Part shown: piece after piece, positions 8,638 through 17,274 of the stretch
Layout of the letters: every line of letters starts with the position of its first letter
Numbering within the stretch: position 1 is the first letter of the stretch
Assembly (NCBI GenBank): GCA_963721815.1
Contig: CAVRLO010000017.1
Coordinates: 1,438 to 65,437 of the forward strand
DNA from: an uncultured Candidatus Rokubacteria bacterium
GTDB lineage: Bacteria; Methylomirabilota; Methylomirabilia; Rokubacteriales; CSP1-6
Length of the DNA: 64,000 nt
Reading direction: 5' to 3'
Position numbers and translations under genes: made by a program
The notes under the pieces: generated by a model
What the model saw: the letters and a program-made list of their open reading frames with translations, nothing else
Databases searched by the model: none
Told to the model about the DNA's origin: nothing

Positions 8638-9251
8638 CTACAGCTGCTTGATCTGTACCTTGCGCCACTTGATGGCGCCGCCGGGGACATCCTGGGGGAG
8701 ATTGCCGAACTGCAGCGCGAACGGTCCCTGCGCGAACTTGCTGTCCTGGATGTTGACGGTCTGGACCCCGTTCAGCACCACGGTGAGCTGCGACCCCTTG
8801 GCCGTGATCTCGTAGGTGTTCCACTTGCCGCCTGCCTTGGGCATCGGCGAGACTTTGGCGAAGTCGACGATGCCCCCGGTGCCGTACGCCGGATCGGGCC
8901 GCTGGTCGAATATGTTCACCTCGTAGGAATTGGCGGCCTGGATCTTGTTCGGATCGGCGCAGCGGATGAAGATGCCGCTATTCGTGGTGTGATCCGCCCA
9001 GAACTCCGCCCGGATCTGGAAATCCTTGTAGGAGTTCTTCGAGACGAGGAAGCCCCCCTTGCCCTTGTCGGCGACGATGGCCCCGTCCTGCGCCCTCCAG
9101 TTGGCATCGCCGACCCGTTCCAGTTGTCCAGACCGGTGGTCCCGTCGATGAGCGTGGTCCAGCCCCCGCCGGACCCACCGGATGATGCGCAGCCCAGAGC
9201 GGCCAACCCGATCACCAGCAGCCCCACGGTGATGACGGACGCGCGCTTCAT
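8638..9251 (-). pseudogene. DUF1080 (3-keto-disaccharide hydrolase-like) lipoprotein with one frameshift near 9113-9120
   Basis: MKRASVITVGLLVIGLAALGC lipobox start at 9251 with an AGGAGA Shine-Dalgarno. ..GWTTLIDGTTGLDNW lies in one frame and ..RVGDANWRAQDGAIVADKGKGGFLVSKNSYKDFQIRAEFW.. in another. Confidence 0.75.
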
Positions 9252-9346
9252 GGCGGTCTTCTCCTGGCGGCACCGACGGCCGCGTTGACGGCTCCCATCG
9301 CGTATCAGGTCGTGCTCCCGGCGATCCTCACGCCTGAGGGCGGAGT

Positions 9347-9634
9347 CTAGCACCGGTCGCAATCAGCTCGCTGCCGCTGATCGCGAGCGCGGTCCCGAAC
9401 GTGTCCCTCTGCCCACTGGTACCTGATGACGAGATTCTGTCCCTCCACATAGCCGTGCTGATGTAGGCCCTCACGAGAGGCTTCGACCAGGTTGGATTCG
9501 AGGGAGGGCGAAGAGTCGCCCAGATACTCAATCGTGACGGTTCCTCCCAAGTGCCGCTGCGCCTCAGCGGCGAGCGGCGCGAGAAAGATGCTGACAGCGA
9601 GAGCGACCGCGAACCCGATCAGCCGCATCGGCAC
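9347..9634 (-). pseudogene. N-terminal fragment of an SBP paralogue
   Basis: MPMRLIGFAVALAVSIFLAPLAAEAQ...GLHQHGYVEGQNLVIRYQWAEG, then loss of similarity. It abuts the DUF1080 gene start. Confidence 0.75.
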
Positions 9635-9695
9635 CTCGGTGGAGGATGGCTAGCGGGGAGTCTAGCTGAACGGCGAGACGCGCACCACCAGCACG
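9617..9695 (-). repeat. SBP leader/start module, copy D
   Basis: Near-identical to copy B over about 75 nt, with a 3-nt (GTG) insertion. Confidence 0.85.
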
Positions 9696-9802
9696 GTGGC
9701 GACAGCTGCGAGTTGGAGTTGGTCGCGTTGGTCGAGCACTGCTTGCGAGTCAGCGAGAAGACAGAACAGCAGCAGGGCGAGCGTGAAAGACCTCTGGATC
9801 AT
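9662..9802 (-). CDS. candidate 46-codon small hydrophobic ORF whose 3' end is the distal part of leader copy D
   Basis: MIQRSFTLALLLFCLLADSQA...ATVLVVRVSPFS-stop. GGAGAA lies before the ATG. The last 10 codons are conserved in-frame in copies B and E. Confidence 0.25.
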   Translation of the reverse strand: MIQRSFTLALLLFCLLADSQAVLDQRDQLQLAAVATVLVVRVSPFS

Positions 9803-10035
9803 CGAGGGTTCTCCAACTTCTTCAGCGCCGGCTCTCCTCTCGCCGCTGACGGTGGCGCTTGGCCCGGTATTTGGGCGGGCAGACACTACGAAGCCCCTGG
9901 AGCGGCACGCGCGGCCAACTTCATTCCGTCGAGATCACGAAGGCGGGCGAGCAAAGGCGCCCCGGTCGAAGGTAATCGTATCCGCCGCCCTCGTCGCGCA
10001 ACTCGCGACCACCAGCGCGAGCGCCAGGCAGCGCG

Positions 10036-10362
10036 TCATGTGAGGACCGGCTGCGTGCGCCGCCGCTCGCGCTCGCGGTGGAGCTCCGCGTTACACGTCG
10101 GGCACCACTTTGCGTTGTTGCCATGGGTCAGGGTGATCTGCGCGCACCGCCGACAACGGATCTCCCGCGCTACATGCCCATAGCGCCCGCGCGGCGCGAC
10201 TGTGGGCTGGGGGCGGTTAGCGTGCGTCATCATCCAGCCGCCTCGGGGTTGCGGACACCCAAGTCTGCAATACCAGCGCGTCCCCACGTAGCCGTAAGCC
10301 GCCAGCTCGGTGGCGGCGCCGAGGTCAGACTCGAGCCCGTTCCCACACTTGCTGCAGGTCAT
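10036..10362 (-). CDS. hypothetical zinc-ribbon protein
   Basis: MTCSKCGNG...CRLGC...CRRC...CPTCNAELHRERERRR has two CxxC pairs at each end. Confidence 0.45.
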   Translation of the reverse strand: MTCSKCGNGLESDLGAATELAAYGYVGTRWYCRLGCPQPRGGWMMTHANRPQPTVAPRGRYGHVAREIRCRRCAQITLTHGNNAKWCPTCNAELHRERERRRTQPVLT

Positions 10363-10684
10363 CACCCGAACCGGCTCAGCAGCCAGACCAACAGGAGACG
10401 TGTGCGAGGACGGCGATGCTTGAACCCCCGTACAATTGGCTGCCGCCGCGGCTCGTCGCCCTGTCACTTTCCCACCTCCCAAGGCCGGATCCGGGACCAT
10501 CCCGGAGCATACTTCTCTCCGATCCCGAGGACTCGGGCCCAGTGCGCCAAAGACGAGGCCGAACGCGTCAGTCGCGGCCGATGATCACGTTGAGCAGAGA
10601 TGCGCGAGCGCTTTCCGCTATTCCAGATCGTGGGCCGACCTGGAACTCGCCCGGTGGGAGGCGGCAGCCGCGCCGTGAGGGCGA

Positions 10685-10714
10685 TTTACTTTGACCTTTA
10701 CTGGTAGTAAAGTA
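10685..10714 (+). promoter_or_regulatory. candidate operator/promoter of the XRE gene
   Basis: Palindrome CTTTAC-TGGTA-GTAAAG at 10696-10712 plus a third TTTAC half-site at 10685-10689. Possible -35 TTTACT, 17 nt spacer, -10 TAAAGT. GGAG and ATG follow within 20 nt. Confidence 0.45.
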
Positions 10715-10731
10715 TGCCCCGGAGCGGATGC

Positions 10732-10914
10732 ATGAGGCTGAGAGCGCTGCGGCAGCGACGGGGCATGACCCAGGTACAGGTCGCCAGGAAGGCGAAGGTG
10801 ACGCCGTTCTATATCTCCCAGCTGGAGACCGGGCTCCGGAAGAACCCGTCGCTCCCGGTCCTGCGGCGGCTCGCGAGGGCGCTCGGCGTGTCCGTGGGGG
10901 AGTTGCTGGAGTGA
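10732..10914 (+). CDS. XRE-family helix-turn-helix transcriptional regulator
   Basis: MRLRALRQRRGMTQVQVARKAKVTPFYISQLETGLRKNPSLPVLRRLARALGVSVGELLE is a canonical HTH_3. GGAG lies 7 nt before this ATG. Confidence 0.85.
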   Translation: MRLRALRQRRGMTQVQVARKAKVTPFYISQLETGLRKNPSLPVLRRLARALGVSVGELLE

Positions 10915-10935
10915 CATCAACAAGGAGGCACACCC

Positions 10936-11190
10936 ATGACGGTCGACGAGGCGATTGAGCTGATCTTCGCGCGGTTGTGCGGCGCCTACACTCGGAATCC
11001 CGACGCGACGTTGACGGCGGAGGACCTCGGTTCTGGTATCCCCAACGACATCTTCGCTGCCGCGTTGCGCGAGCTGCGCGGCCCGGCTGATGACCAGGAC
11101 CTCCGCATTCGGTACGTGGAAGGAAATCGGACCAAGGCCGCGCTGGGCACGTCGTGGCGCGGCAGGTGCGAAGAGGGGAGGAAACCCTGA
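10936..11190 (+). CDS. hypothetical protein (84 aa)
   Basis: Strong AAGGAGG Shine-Dalgarno. Its stop overlaps the integrase start (TGATG). Confidence 0.6.
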   Translation: MTVDEAIELIFARLCGAYTRNPDATLTAEDLGSGIPNDIFAAALRELRGPADDQDLRIRYVEGNRTKAALGTSWRGRCEEGRKP

Positions 11191-11708
11191 TGGCCGTCAA
11201 GAAGATCAAGGTTCACGGCAACGTGCGCTGGCGCGCTCGCGTCGCGATTCGCGGGCGTCAGAAGGTCGCTTACTGCCCGACGAAGGACGAGGCTAAGCGG
11301 GCCGAGATCGCGTTCTACCAGACGCTCCGCGCGGAGGCCGAGCAGGCCGAGACGGGGGGCAGCGGCCGGCCACGCTCCGCGCGTTGCTGGATCTCTACGC
11401 GGGACATCTCGAAATTCCACCGGAAGCCCTCGGAGACCGTCGGGCGCGCGCGCGACACGGCCAAGACCATCGCGCGCGTCCTGCCCGAACTGCTCGACCG
11501 GCCCGTGAGCGCGATCGGCGACGCCGACGTGCTGGCGTTCGTCAAGGCTCGCGAGCGCGAGGGCAAAGCCGAGGTCGTCGATCGTCCTCCTCGTGCTCGC
11601 GCACCTCGTCTTGCTGGTCCTGTTCGTGCGGTGGGCACTCCGGTGATGCGCGGGCTGTTCGGTGACCGGTGTTACGCGATGGTGTTACGAAGGCGTAAGT
11701 GCTCGTGA
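11190..11708 (+). pseudogene. tyrosine integrase remnant (arm-binding + part of the SAM-like N domain, frameshifted, catalytic domain absent)
   Basis: MAVKKIKVHGNVRWRARVAIRGRQKVAYCPTKDEAKRAEIAFYQTLRAEAEQ. LLDLYAGHLE follows in another frame, then ..DTAKTIARVLPELLDRPVSAIGDADVLAFVKAREREGKA back in the first frame. No R..HxxR..Y domain follows. Confidence 0.75.
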
Positions 11709-11735
11709 ACACTCGCGGGGTAACGAACGCACGCT

Positions 11736-11910
11736 TGCGGAGATTGTGGATCCCGAGGGCGTTGCTGAGCAGGTAGTAGCCGTCGAGCTTGATCAGGGGA
11801 TTGAGGTTGATCAAGAGCCTGAAGGCAGAGGCGGCTACCACCACCAGCGCGACAGCGCTGGGCCAGGTGCCCGGCTCCGTGACCCGCGTCCGACTCGATC
11901 AACCTGCTGA
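11736..11910 (-). pseudogene. fragment of an M50-type (site-2 protease-like) membrane metalloprotease
   Basis: ..AFRLLINLNPLIKLDGYYLLSNALGIHNLRKRAF is the conserved C-proximal motif of this family. There is no start and no HExxH in frame. Confidence 0.55.
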
Positions 11911-11939
11911 TCTCACGCTTCCAGGACACTCTCCGTTCG

Positions 11940-12275
11940 ATGAATCTTGGAATTGACATCTGGACCCCGTTCGAGGCCGGAGAGTGGACCGAGGATAAAG
12001 AGGACCTGCGTGTCACGGTCCAACCAGAAGTGGGTTTCATCAAGTACGACGGGAAGTGGATCTTGGCTACCCGCCTTGCGCGCTATTTGCAGAGCGACGA
12101 TCCTGCTCAGAACGGGATGTTGATCGAGGATGGCAAGGTCACACCGTTGCTGGAAGCGTCACGCGAGATGCGGCTCGATGCCTTGAAACACTTCCCAGCG
12201 ATCGTCAGCCGTCTCCAAGAGGCAGCCGACGGGGCCATCAATACCATCGACAATGCGGAGAAGTTTTTCAAGTAG
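11940..12275 (+). CDS. hypothetical protein (111 aa), lower-GC orphan
   Basis: Balanced, non-shadow amino-acid composition. Followed by a clean intrinsic terminator. No obvious Shine-Dalgarno. No family recognised. Confidence 0.55.
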   Translation: MNLGIDIWTPFEAGEWTEDKEDLRVTVQPEVGFIKYDGKWILATRLARYLQSDDPAQNGMLIEDGKVTPLLEASREMRLDALKHFPAIVSRLQEAADGAINTIDNAEKFFK

Positions 12276-12311
12276 ACGAATCGTCTGTTCGCGCTCTTAT
12301 CCTTCCGGAGC

Positions 12312-12340
12312 GCCCCGGGAATCGGCCCGGGGCTTTTCCA
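12312..12340 (+). terminator. rho-independent terminator
   Basis: GCCCCGGG-aatcgg-CCCGGGGC followed by TTTTCCATTTC. Confidence 0.8.
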
Positions 12341-12417
12341 TTTCTTGGCCGGGATAACGCTCGCACGCGCGGGACGCCCGGGGGTGCCGGTGAACTCTAG
12401 CGCTACAGAATGAATGC

Positions 12418-12828
12418 TTAGCCGACTGATCTTCGCGGTTCTGTCCGCGCACGCCGCCGCGACGCTAGTTTCTCCGAGCGTCGACCAGTGATAGGAACAA
12501 GACTCTTGTCGAGTCTAGGTTGCTTACCGTCTCGAACGTGATGCTCGCGAATCCGCTCGAGTAAGACCGAGGCCGGCTCGTAGTCGCGGCCTTCTTGTCG
12601 TGCGCGGTGAGATCGGCCCTCGATGGTCGCTCCGCCAGACTCCGCGCGGTAGCCCGGATCTATCCACTTATCCCCAGGAGTCCCCAAAACGAAAATCGGC
12701 CGACGTAGCGCGCGTTCGGAGCGATAGCGCTGGGAGCAGCAAGCAATTTCGCGCTCGCGCGCACGCATGTATGCGATGTGGTCCGTCCTACGCGGCGTTT
12801 CCGGTGTCAGGACCGACGACTCCCCCAT
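12418..12828 (-). CDS. hypothetical ORF (136 aa), doubtful
   Basis: Only an open frame. Arg-rich, no recognisable motifs. Confidence 0.25.
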   Translation of the reverse strand: MGESSVLTPETPRRTDHIAYMRAREREIACCSQRYRSERALRRPIFVLGTPGDKWIDPGYRAESGGATIEGRSHRARQEGRDYEPASVLLERIREHHVRDGKQPRLDKSLVPITGRRSEKLASRRRARTEPRRSVG

Positions 12829-12889
12829 TTCTTGCGGCGATCATCGCTGTTGATCTGACCGCGCTCCGCACTGTAGGCTGTCCGACGTC

Positions 12890-13267
12890 TTGCTCAACCC
12901 GCCCCGCGTCCTGGTCGTCGAAGACGAGCGACACGTGCGAGGCCTTCTATCGGAGCTGCTGACCGTCTGGGGCTGTGAGGCCGACGTCGCGGCGAGCGGA
13001 ACCGAAGGCCTGATGCTCTTCAAGCAGAAGAGCTACGACCTCGTCCTCACCGACTACGTGATTCCCGGATGCTCGGGCCTCGAGTTGGTCGAGAACGTGC
13101 GCAACCGTGACTCGGACGTGGGCGTGATCATGCTGACGGGATCTGGCGCCGAGCTCGACCGTCACACGGGGCGGCTCGGGTTCACCCTGCTCCGGAAGCC
13201 CCTCCAGATCGACCGGCTGAAGACGGCCGTGAGGCAGGCGCTGACCGACCGCAAGGGCGAAGCGTAG
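12890..13267 (+). CDS. single-domain response regulator (CheY-like receiver)
   Basis: VLVVEDE...DLVLTDYVIPGCSGLELV...VIMLTGSG...LLRKP has the receiver fold with the phospho-acceptor Asp. TTG start. Confidence 0.85.
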   Translation: MLNPPRVLVVEDERHVRGLLSELLTVWGCEADVAASGTEGLMLFKQKSYDLVLTDYVIPGCSGLELVENVRNRDSDVGVIMLTGSGAELDRHTGRLGFTLLRKPLQIDRLKTAVRQALTDRKGEA

Positions 13268-13388
13268 CGCGGCGTCGGCGGCTCGCCGCCTAGGCCTTGT
13301 GCCAGCCGGGCGAGATTCCAGAGCGTCGAGTTCCAGCCGAAAGCGCCATGCCGCTGGCCGCGTCTGGATGACGTGCTCGTGCGGCGCG

Positions 13389-13419
13389 GTGCTGGTGCGC
13401 GTCGTGGCGTTCAGCTAGA
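13389..13419 (+). repeat. SBP leader module, partial copy E (distal part only, inverted orientation, no SBP gene)
   Basis: GTGCTGGTGCGCGTCGTGGCGTTCAGCTAGA matches the sense strand of copies B and D at about 31/33 positions. Confidence 0.7.
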
Positions 13420-13625
13420 TCGGGCTCGCGGTCACTCCCGCTCTCTGGATGTTATCGAAACGGGGAAAGGTGGGATGGTGCCTGCCTGTGTCTCGCGCTA
13501 ACGCCACTTCCGCACAGAGAGCACACAGTCTAGAATCCCCATGGCGGGGAAAGGGTGGCGGTTTAGTCCAACTGGTTTTATCCGTCATGCGCGACGCGCC
13601 TGGCTTTAAAGCGACGCGGCTGAAG

Positions 13626-14996
13626 TCAGCGCCTGCGCTCGCGTAGGAGGTGCTGACCTCGGCCCGGCCGGCTCAGGAGGGCACCGTCCCTGACGATAAT
13701 CTCGCCGCGAGAGACCGTCAGCACGGGCACACCGGTCACGGTAAAGGCGTGGAAGGGGTCGTAGCCCGCGCGCGAGTGCAGCGTACGCTCATCGATGATC
13801 TCCACCTTGCGCGGGTCGAAGAGGACGAGGTCGGCGTCGCTACCGACCGCCACGGTGCCTTTCCTCGGATAGAGGCCGAAGATCCTGGCCGGGTTCGTGG
13901 CGAAGGCGGCCACGAAGGTCTGAAGCGAGATTCGCCTGCGCGACACCCCTTCGGAGTAGATCACACGCATCTCCGTCTCGAGCCCTGGCACGCCGTAAGG
14001 GACCCGGCGGAAGTCGCGGACGCCTTCCGCCTTCTGATCCACCGTCCAGGAGGTGTTGTCGCTGCCGATGGTCTGGAGATCTCCTGCTCGGAGGGCGTCC
14101 CACAGCGCGGCCTGATCGGGCAGGGCCCGCAGCGGCGGGGCGCCCACCACCTTCGCCGCCTCGAGGCCGCCCGGGTTGTAGCGCTCGCTCGTGAGGCCGA
14201 GATAGATGGGGCGGGTCTCGCCCCAGACCCGCACCCCGCGCGTGCGGGCGGCGCGCACCGCCTCCACCGCGCCCTCGCACGACATGTGGACGATGTAGAC
14301 CTCGGCGTCGACCAGCGCCGCATAGTCGATGACCCGTCGCGTGGCCTCGGCCTCGGCGAGAGCCGGACGGCTTTCGGCGTAGAAGCGCGGATCGAGGCGC
14401 CCGGCGGCGATCATGTCGCGTTCGGCGAGGTCGAGCATCTCGCTGTTCTCGCAGTGGACGTTGACGATCGCGCCCGCTCCACGCGCGGCCCGGAGCACGC
14501 GAAGCAGCGCTTCGTCCCCGATGCCGAACTCGCGGATCGTGAAGACCTTGAAGCTCGGGTAGCCCGCGCCGACGATGGCGGGGATCTCGGCGATCCGCGC
14601 GTCGCTCACGTCGGACAGGATGATGTGGAACCCGTAGTCTACGTGGGCGCGGTCCTTGGCCTTGGCCGACCACGTCGCGATAGTGTCGGCAAGGCTCTGG
14701 CCCTTCGCCTGCCACGCGTAGTCGCAGATGGTGGTGATGCCGCCGCACGCGGCGGCGGCGGTGCCGGACTCGAAATCGTCCGCGGTGCGCGTGCCGCCGA
14801 GGTCGAGATCGAGATGGGTGTGGACGTCCACGCCGCCGGGCAGCACGTGGAGCCCGCGGGCGTCGATCTCGCTCGTTCCCGGCTCGAGACCCTCGGCGAT
14901 GCTCGTGATGCGCCCGTGCCTGATGCCGAGGTCGGCGACGAAGGTGTCCGTGGCGGTCGCGATCAGCCCCCCGCGAATCACGAGGTCGTGCGGCAT
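13626..14996 (-). CDS. dihydropyrimidinase/hydantoinase-type cyclic amidohydrolase
   Basis: 456 aa. VLPGGVDVHTHL metal site, PSFKVF (carboxylated Lys context), SDN..W and the hydantoinase C-terminal barrel. Confidence 0.9.
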   Translation of the reverse strand: MPHDLVIRGGLIATATDTFVADLGIRHGRITSIAEGLEPGTSEIDARGLHVLPGGVDVHTHLDLDLGGTRTADDFESGTAAAACGGITTICDYAWQAKGQSLADTIATWSAKAKDRAHVDYGFHIILSDVSDARIAEIPAIVGAGYPSFKVFTIREFGIGDEALLRVLRAARGAGAIVNVHCENSEMLDLAERDMIAAGRLDPRFYAESRPALAEAEATRRVIDYAALVDAEVYIVHMSCEGAVEAVRAARTRGVRVWGETRPIYLGLTSERYNPGGLEAAKVVGAPPLRALPDQAALWDALRAGDLQTIGSDNTSWTVDQKAEGVRDFRRVPYGVPGLETEMRVIYSEGVSRRRISLQTFVAAFATNPARIFGLYPRKGTVAVGSDADLVLFDPRKVEIIDERTLHSRAGYDPFHAFTVTGVPVLTVSRGEIIVRDGALLSRPGRGQHLLRERRR

Positions 14997-15013
14997 GACT
15001 CATCTCCTCCGAA

Positions 15014-15895
15014 TCAGGACGTCGCGGGGACACGCTCGGCGAAGCTCCGCGCGATCGCGCCGCTGGTCGCGAGCCAGATCTGCTGGCGGTGACTCACCAC
15101 GTGCTCGAGCGCCCGGCGCAGGTGGCGCAGCCGAAAGGGCTGGCCGACGAGGAACGCGTGCAGCGCGATGCCGAAGACCAGGGACTGGCGCTGCGAGTGC
15201 TCGAGCATCTCGTCGAAGTTGTCCATGATCGTCTGGGCAAAGGCCGGGGCGGTGCCGTGGTGGATGGCGATCATCGGGATGTCGTTCACCTCGTGCGGGT
15301 ATGGGACGCTCAGGATGCGACCCTGGCGCGTCTTCATCCATACCGGCTGATCATCCACGGGCCAATCGAGCAAATAGGTGTATCCCGCTTCCTGCAGAAG
15401 ATCGGGCGTCACCGCGCTCGGATTCACGCCCGGGCTCAGCCAGCCGCGCGGGGGCTGCCCCTCGAAGCGCGCGATCGCCCTGGTGACGTCGCGGATGAGC
15501 GCGGCCTCCCTCGTCTCATTGAAGTCGTTCTGGTGCTCGGAGTTGGTGCGCCCGTGCCCGAGCACCTCGTCGCCGCGCTTGCGGAACGCCGCCACCACTT
15601 CTGGACAATGGTCATAGACCTCGGAGTTGAGCAGCAGCGAGACGGGTAGCTGGAGCCGGTCGAACAGCTCGATGAGACGCCAGACACCCACGCGATTGCC
15701 GTACTCACGCCAGGCCCAGTTGTACGTGTTGGGGTGGGGGATGCCGGGCGAATAGGAGATGCCGAGACCCTCTCCGTAGGCGAAGTGCTCTAGGTTCAGC
15801 GCGAGGTACACGGCCAGGCGCCGGCCGTCGGGCCAGCTCCAGTCCGGTCGATTCACGATGGCCGAGTACGGGAAACGTCCGTGATCACGCAGCAT
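15014..15895 (-). CDS. polysaccharide deacetylase-fold protein (PuuE allantoinase-like)
   Basis: Start MLRDHGRFPYSAIVNRPDWSWPDG at 15895 with a GAGGAGG Shine-Dalgarno. ..NLEHFAYGEG..NTYNWAWREYGNRVGVWR.. is typical of the PuuE/urate-catabolism deacetylase family. The 917-aa track ORF is a read-through artefact. Confidence 0.85.
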   Translation of the reverse strand: MLRDHGRFPYSAIVNRPDWSWPDGRRLAVYLALNLEHFAYGEGLGISYSPGIPHPNTYNWAWREYGNRVGVWRLIELFDRLQLPVSLLLNSEVYDHCPEVVAAFRKRGDEVLGHGRTNSEHQNDFNETREAALIRDVTRAIARFEGQPPRGWLSPGVNPSAVTPDLLQEAGYTYLLDWPVDDQPVWMKTRQGRILSVPYPHEVNDIPMIAIHHGTAPAFAQTIMDNFDEMLEHSQRQSLVFGIALHAFLVGQPFRLRHLRRALEHVVSHRQQIWLATSGAIARSFAERVPATS

Positions 15896-15921
15896 GCCTT
15901 GGCCTCCTCGCGAGGGACTCG

Positions 15922-17271
15922 TCAGTTCCGGAAGAAGCGGAGCGGCCCGAAGACCAGGATGGGGAACGCGATGGTGAGGGACAGTCCGATCAACTGGAGC
16001 GCGACGAAGGGGACCACGCCGCGATAGATGTCGACCGTCCTCACCTCGGGCGGGGCCACTCCGCGGAGGAAGAAGAGGGAGAAGCCGAAAGGTGGCGTGA
16101 GGAAGGATGTCTGAAGATTCACGCTGATGGCGATGGCGAGCCACAGGGGATCGAAGCCGAAATGCTCCACGAGCACGGGCACCAGGATCGGCACGTGAAT
16201 GAAACAGATCTCGTAGTAGTCGATGAAGAAGCCGAGCAGGAAGATGACGAACATGACCAGCGCGAGCACGCCATAGCGACCGAGCGGCAGCGCCTTCAGG
16301 AAGTCCTGGATGAGGTGGTCGCCGTTCAAGCCGCGGAACACGAGGCCGAAGCAGTTGGCTCCCACCAGGATGATGAAGCCAAGGCTCGTGATGCGCGTCG
16401 TGACCTGCATGACGCTTCGGAGCATCTCCATAGAGAAGCGGCCCTTGAGCATGGTCAGGACCAGCCCGCCCGCGGCGCCCACGGAGGCCGCCTCCGTCGG
16501 TGAGGCGACGCCGACGAAAATCGACCCCAGCACGCCCACGATCAGCACGAAGGCGGGCAGCAGGGCGAGGCCCACGCGCTTCACCGCGTCGGCCCGGAAC
16601 GCGGCAATCTCGGACGCAGCGATCGCAGGGGCGAGCCGGGGATTCCACCACGAGATGACGGCGAGGTAGACCACGTAGAGCACCACCAGGACGAGGCCCG
16701 GCACCACGGCGCCGATGTAGAGGTCCCCGACCGACACGCCCATGATGTCGCCCATCAAGATGAGGATGATGCTGGGCGGGATGATCTGCCCGAGGGTGCC
16801 GGCGGCGCAGATCGTCCCGCAGATCAGCTCCTTGTCGTAGCCGCGACGGAGCATGGTGGGGAGCGAGATCATGCCCATGGTGATGACGCTTGCCCCGACG
16901 ATCCCCGTCGACGCCGCGAGGATGGCCCCGACCACGACCACGGAGATGGCGATCCCGCCGCGCAGGTGCCCGAAGAGCAGGGCCATGGTCTCGAGCAGCT
17001 CCTCGGCGATGCCGGATTTCTCGAGGGCGACGCCCATGAAAACGAAGAGGGGCACCGCGAGCAGCGTGAAGTTCGTCATCGTGCCCCAGATCCGTATGGG
17101 CAGGATGTTCATGAAGTCCGGTCGGAGAAAGCCGAACGCGACGCCGAGCCCACCGAAGAGAAGCCCGGTGAAGGTGAGGCTGAAGGCGACGGGGAAGCCG
17201 AAGAACAGGAACGCGATCATCCCGGCGAACATGAAGGCGGCGAGGACCTGGTCGAGGGGCAGAGCGGCCAT
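15922..17271 (-). CDS. dctM: TRAP transporter large permease
   Basis: 449 aa, polytopic, DctM-type sequence. Confidence 0.9.
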   Translation of the reverse strand: MAALPLDQVLAAFMFAGMIAFLFFGFPVAFSLTFTGLLFGGLGVAFGFLRPDFMNILPIRIWGTMTNFTLLAVPLFVFMGVALEKSGIAEELLETMALLFGHLRGGIAISVVVVGAILAASTGIVGASVITMGMISLPTMLRRGYDKELICGTICAAGTLGQIIPPSIILILMGDIMGVSVGDLYIGAVVPGLVLVVLYVVYLAVISWWNPRLAPAIAASEIAAFRADAVKRVGLALLPAFVLIVGVLGSIFVGVASPTEAASVGAAGGLVLTMLKGRFSMEMLRSVMQVTTRITSLGFIILVGANCFGLVFRGLNGDHLIQDFLKALPLGRYGVLALVMFVIFLLGFFIDYYEICFIHVPILVPVLVEHFGFDPLWLAIAISVNLQTSFLTPPFGFSLFFLRGVAPPEVRTVDIYRGVVPFVALQLIGLSLTIAFPILVFGPLRFFRN

Positions 17272-17274
17272 CGG

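Noticed and set aside
13650-15092. Long plus-strand ORF (480 aa) opposite the hydantoinase gene. Similar shadow ORFs occur at 17590..19416, 22818..24293, 30974..32290, 58271..59656, 59765..60904 and 61013..63100 on the plus strand, and at 45136..46104 and 46467..47570 on the minus strand.
   Set aside because: They are Arg/Ala/Gly/Pro/Asp-rich with no motifs. They exactly mirror well-supported genes on the other strand. This is the usual high-GC antisense open-frame artefact.
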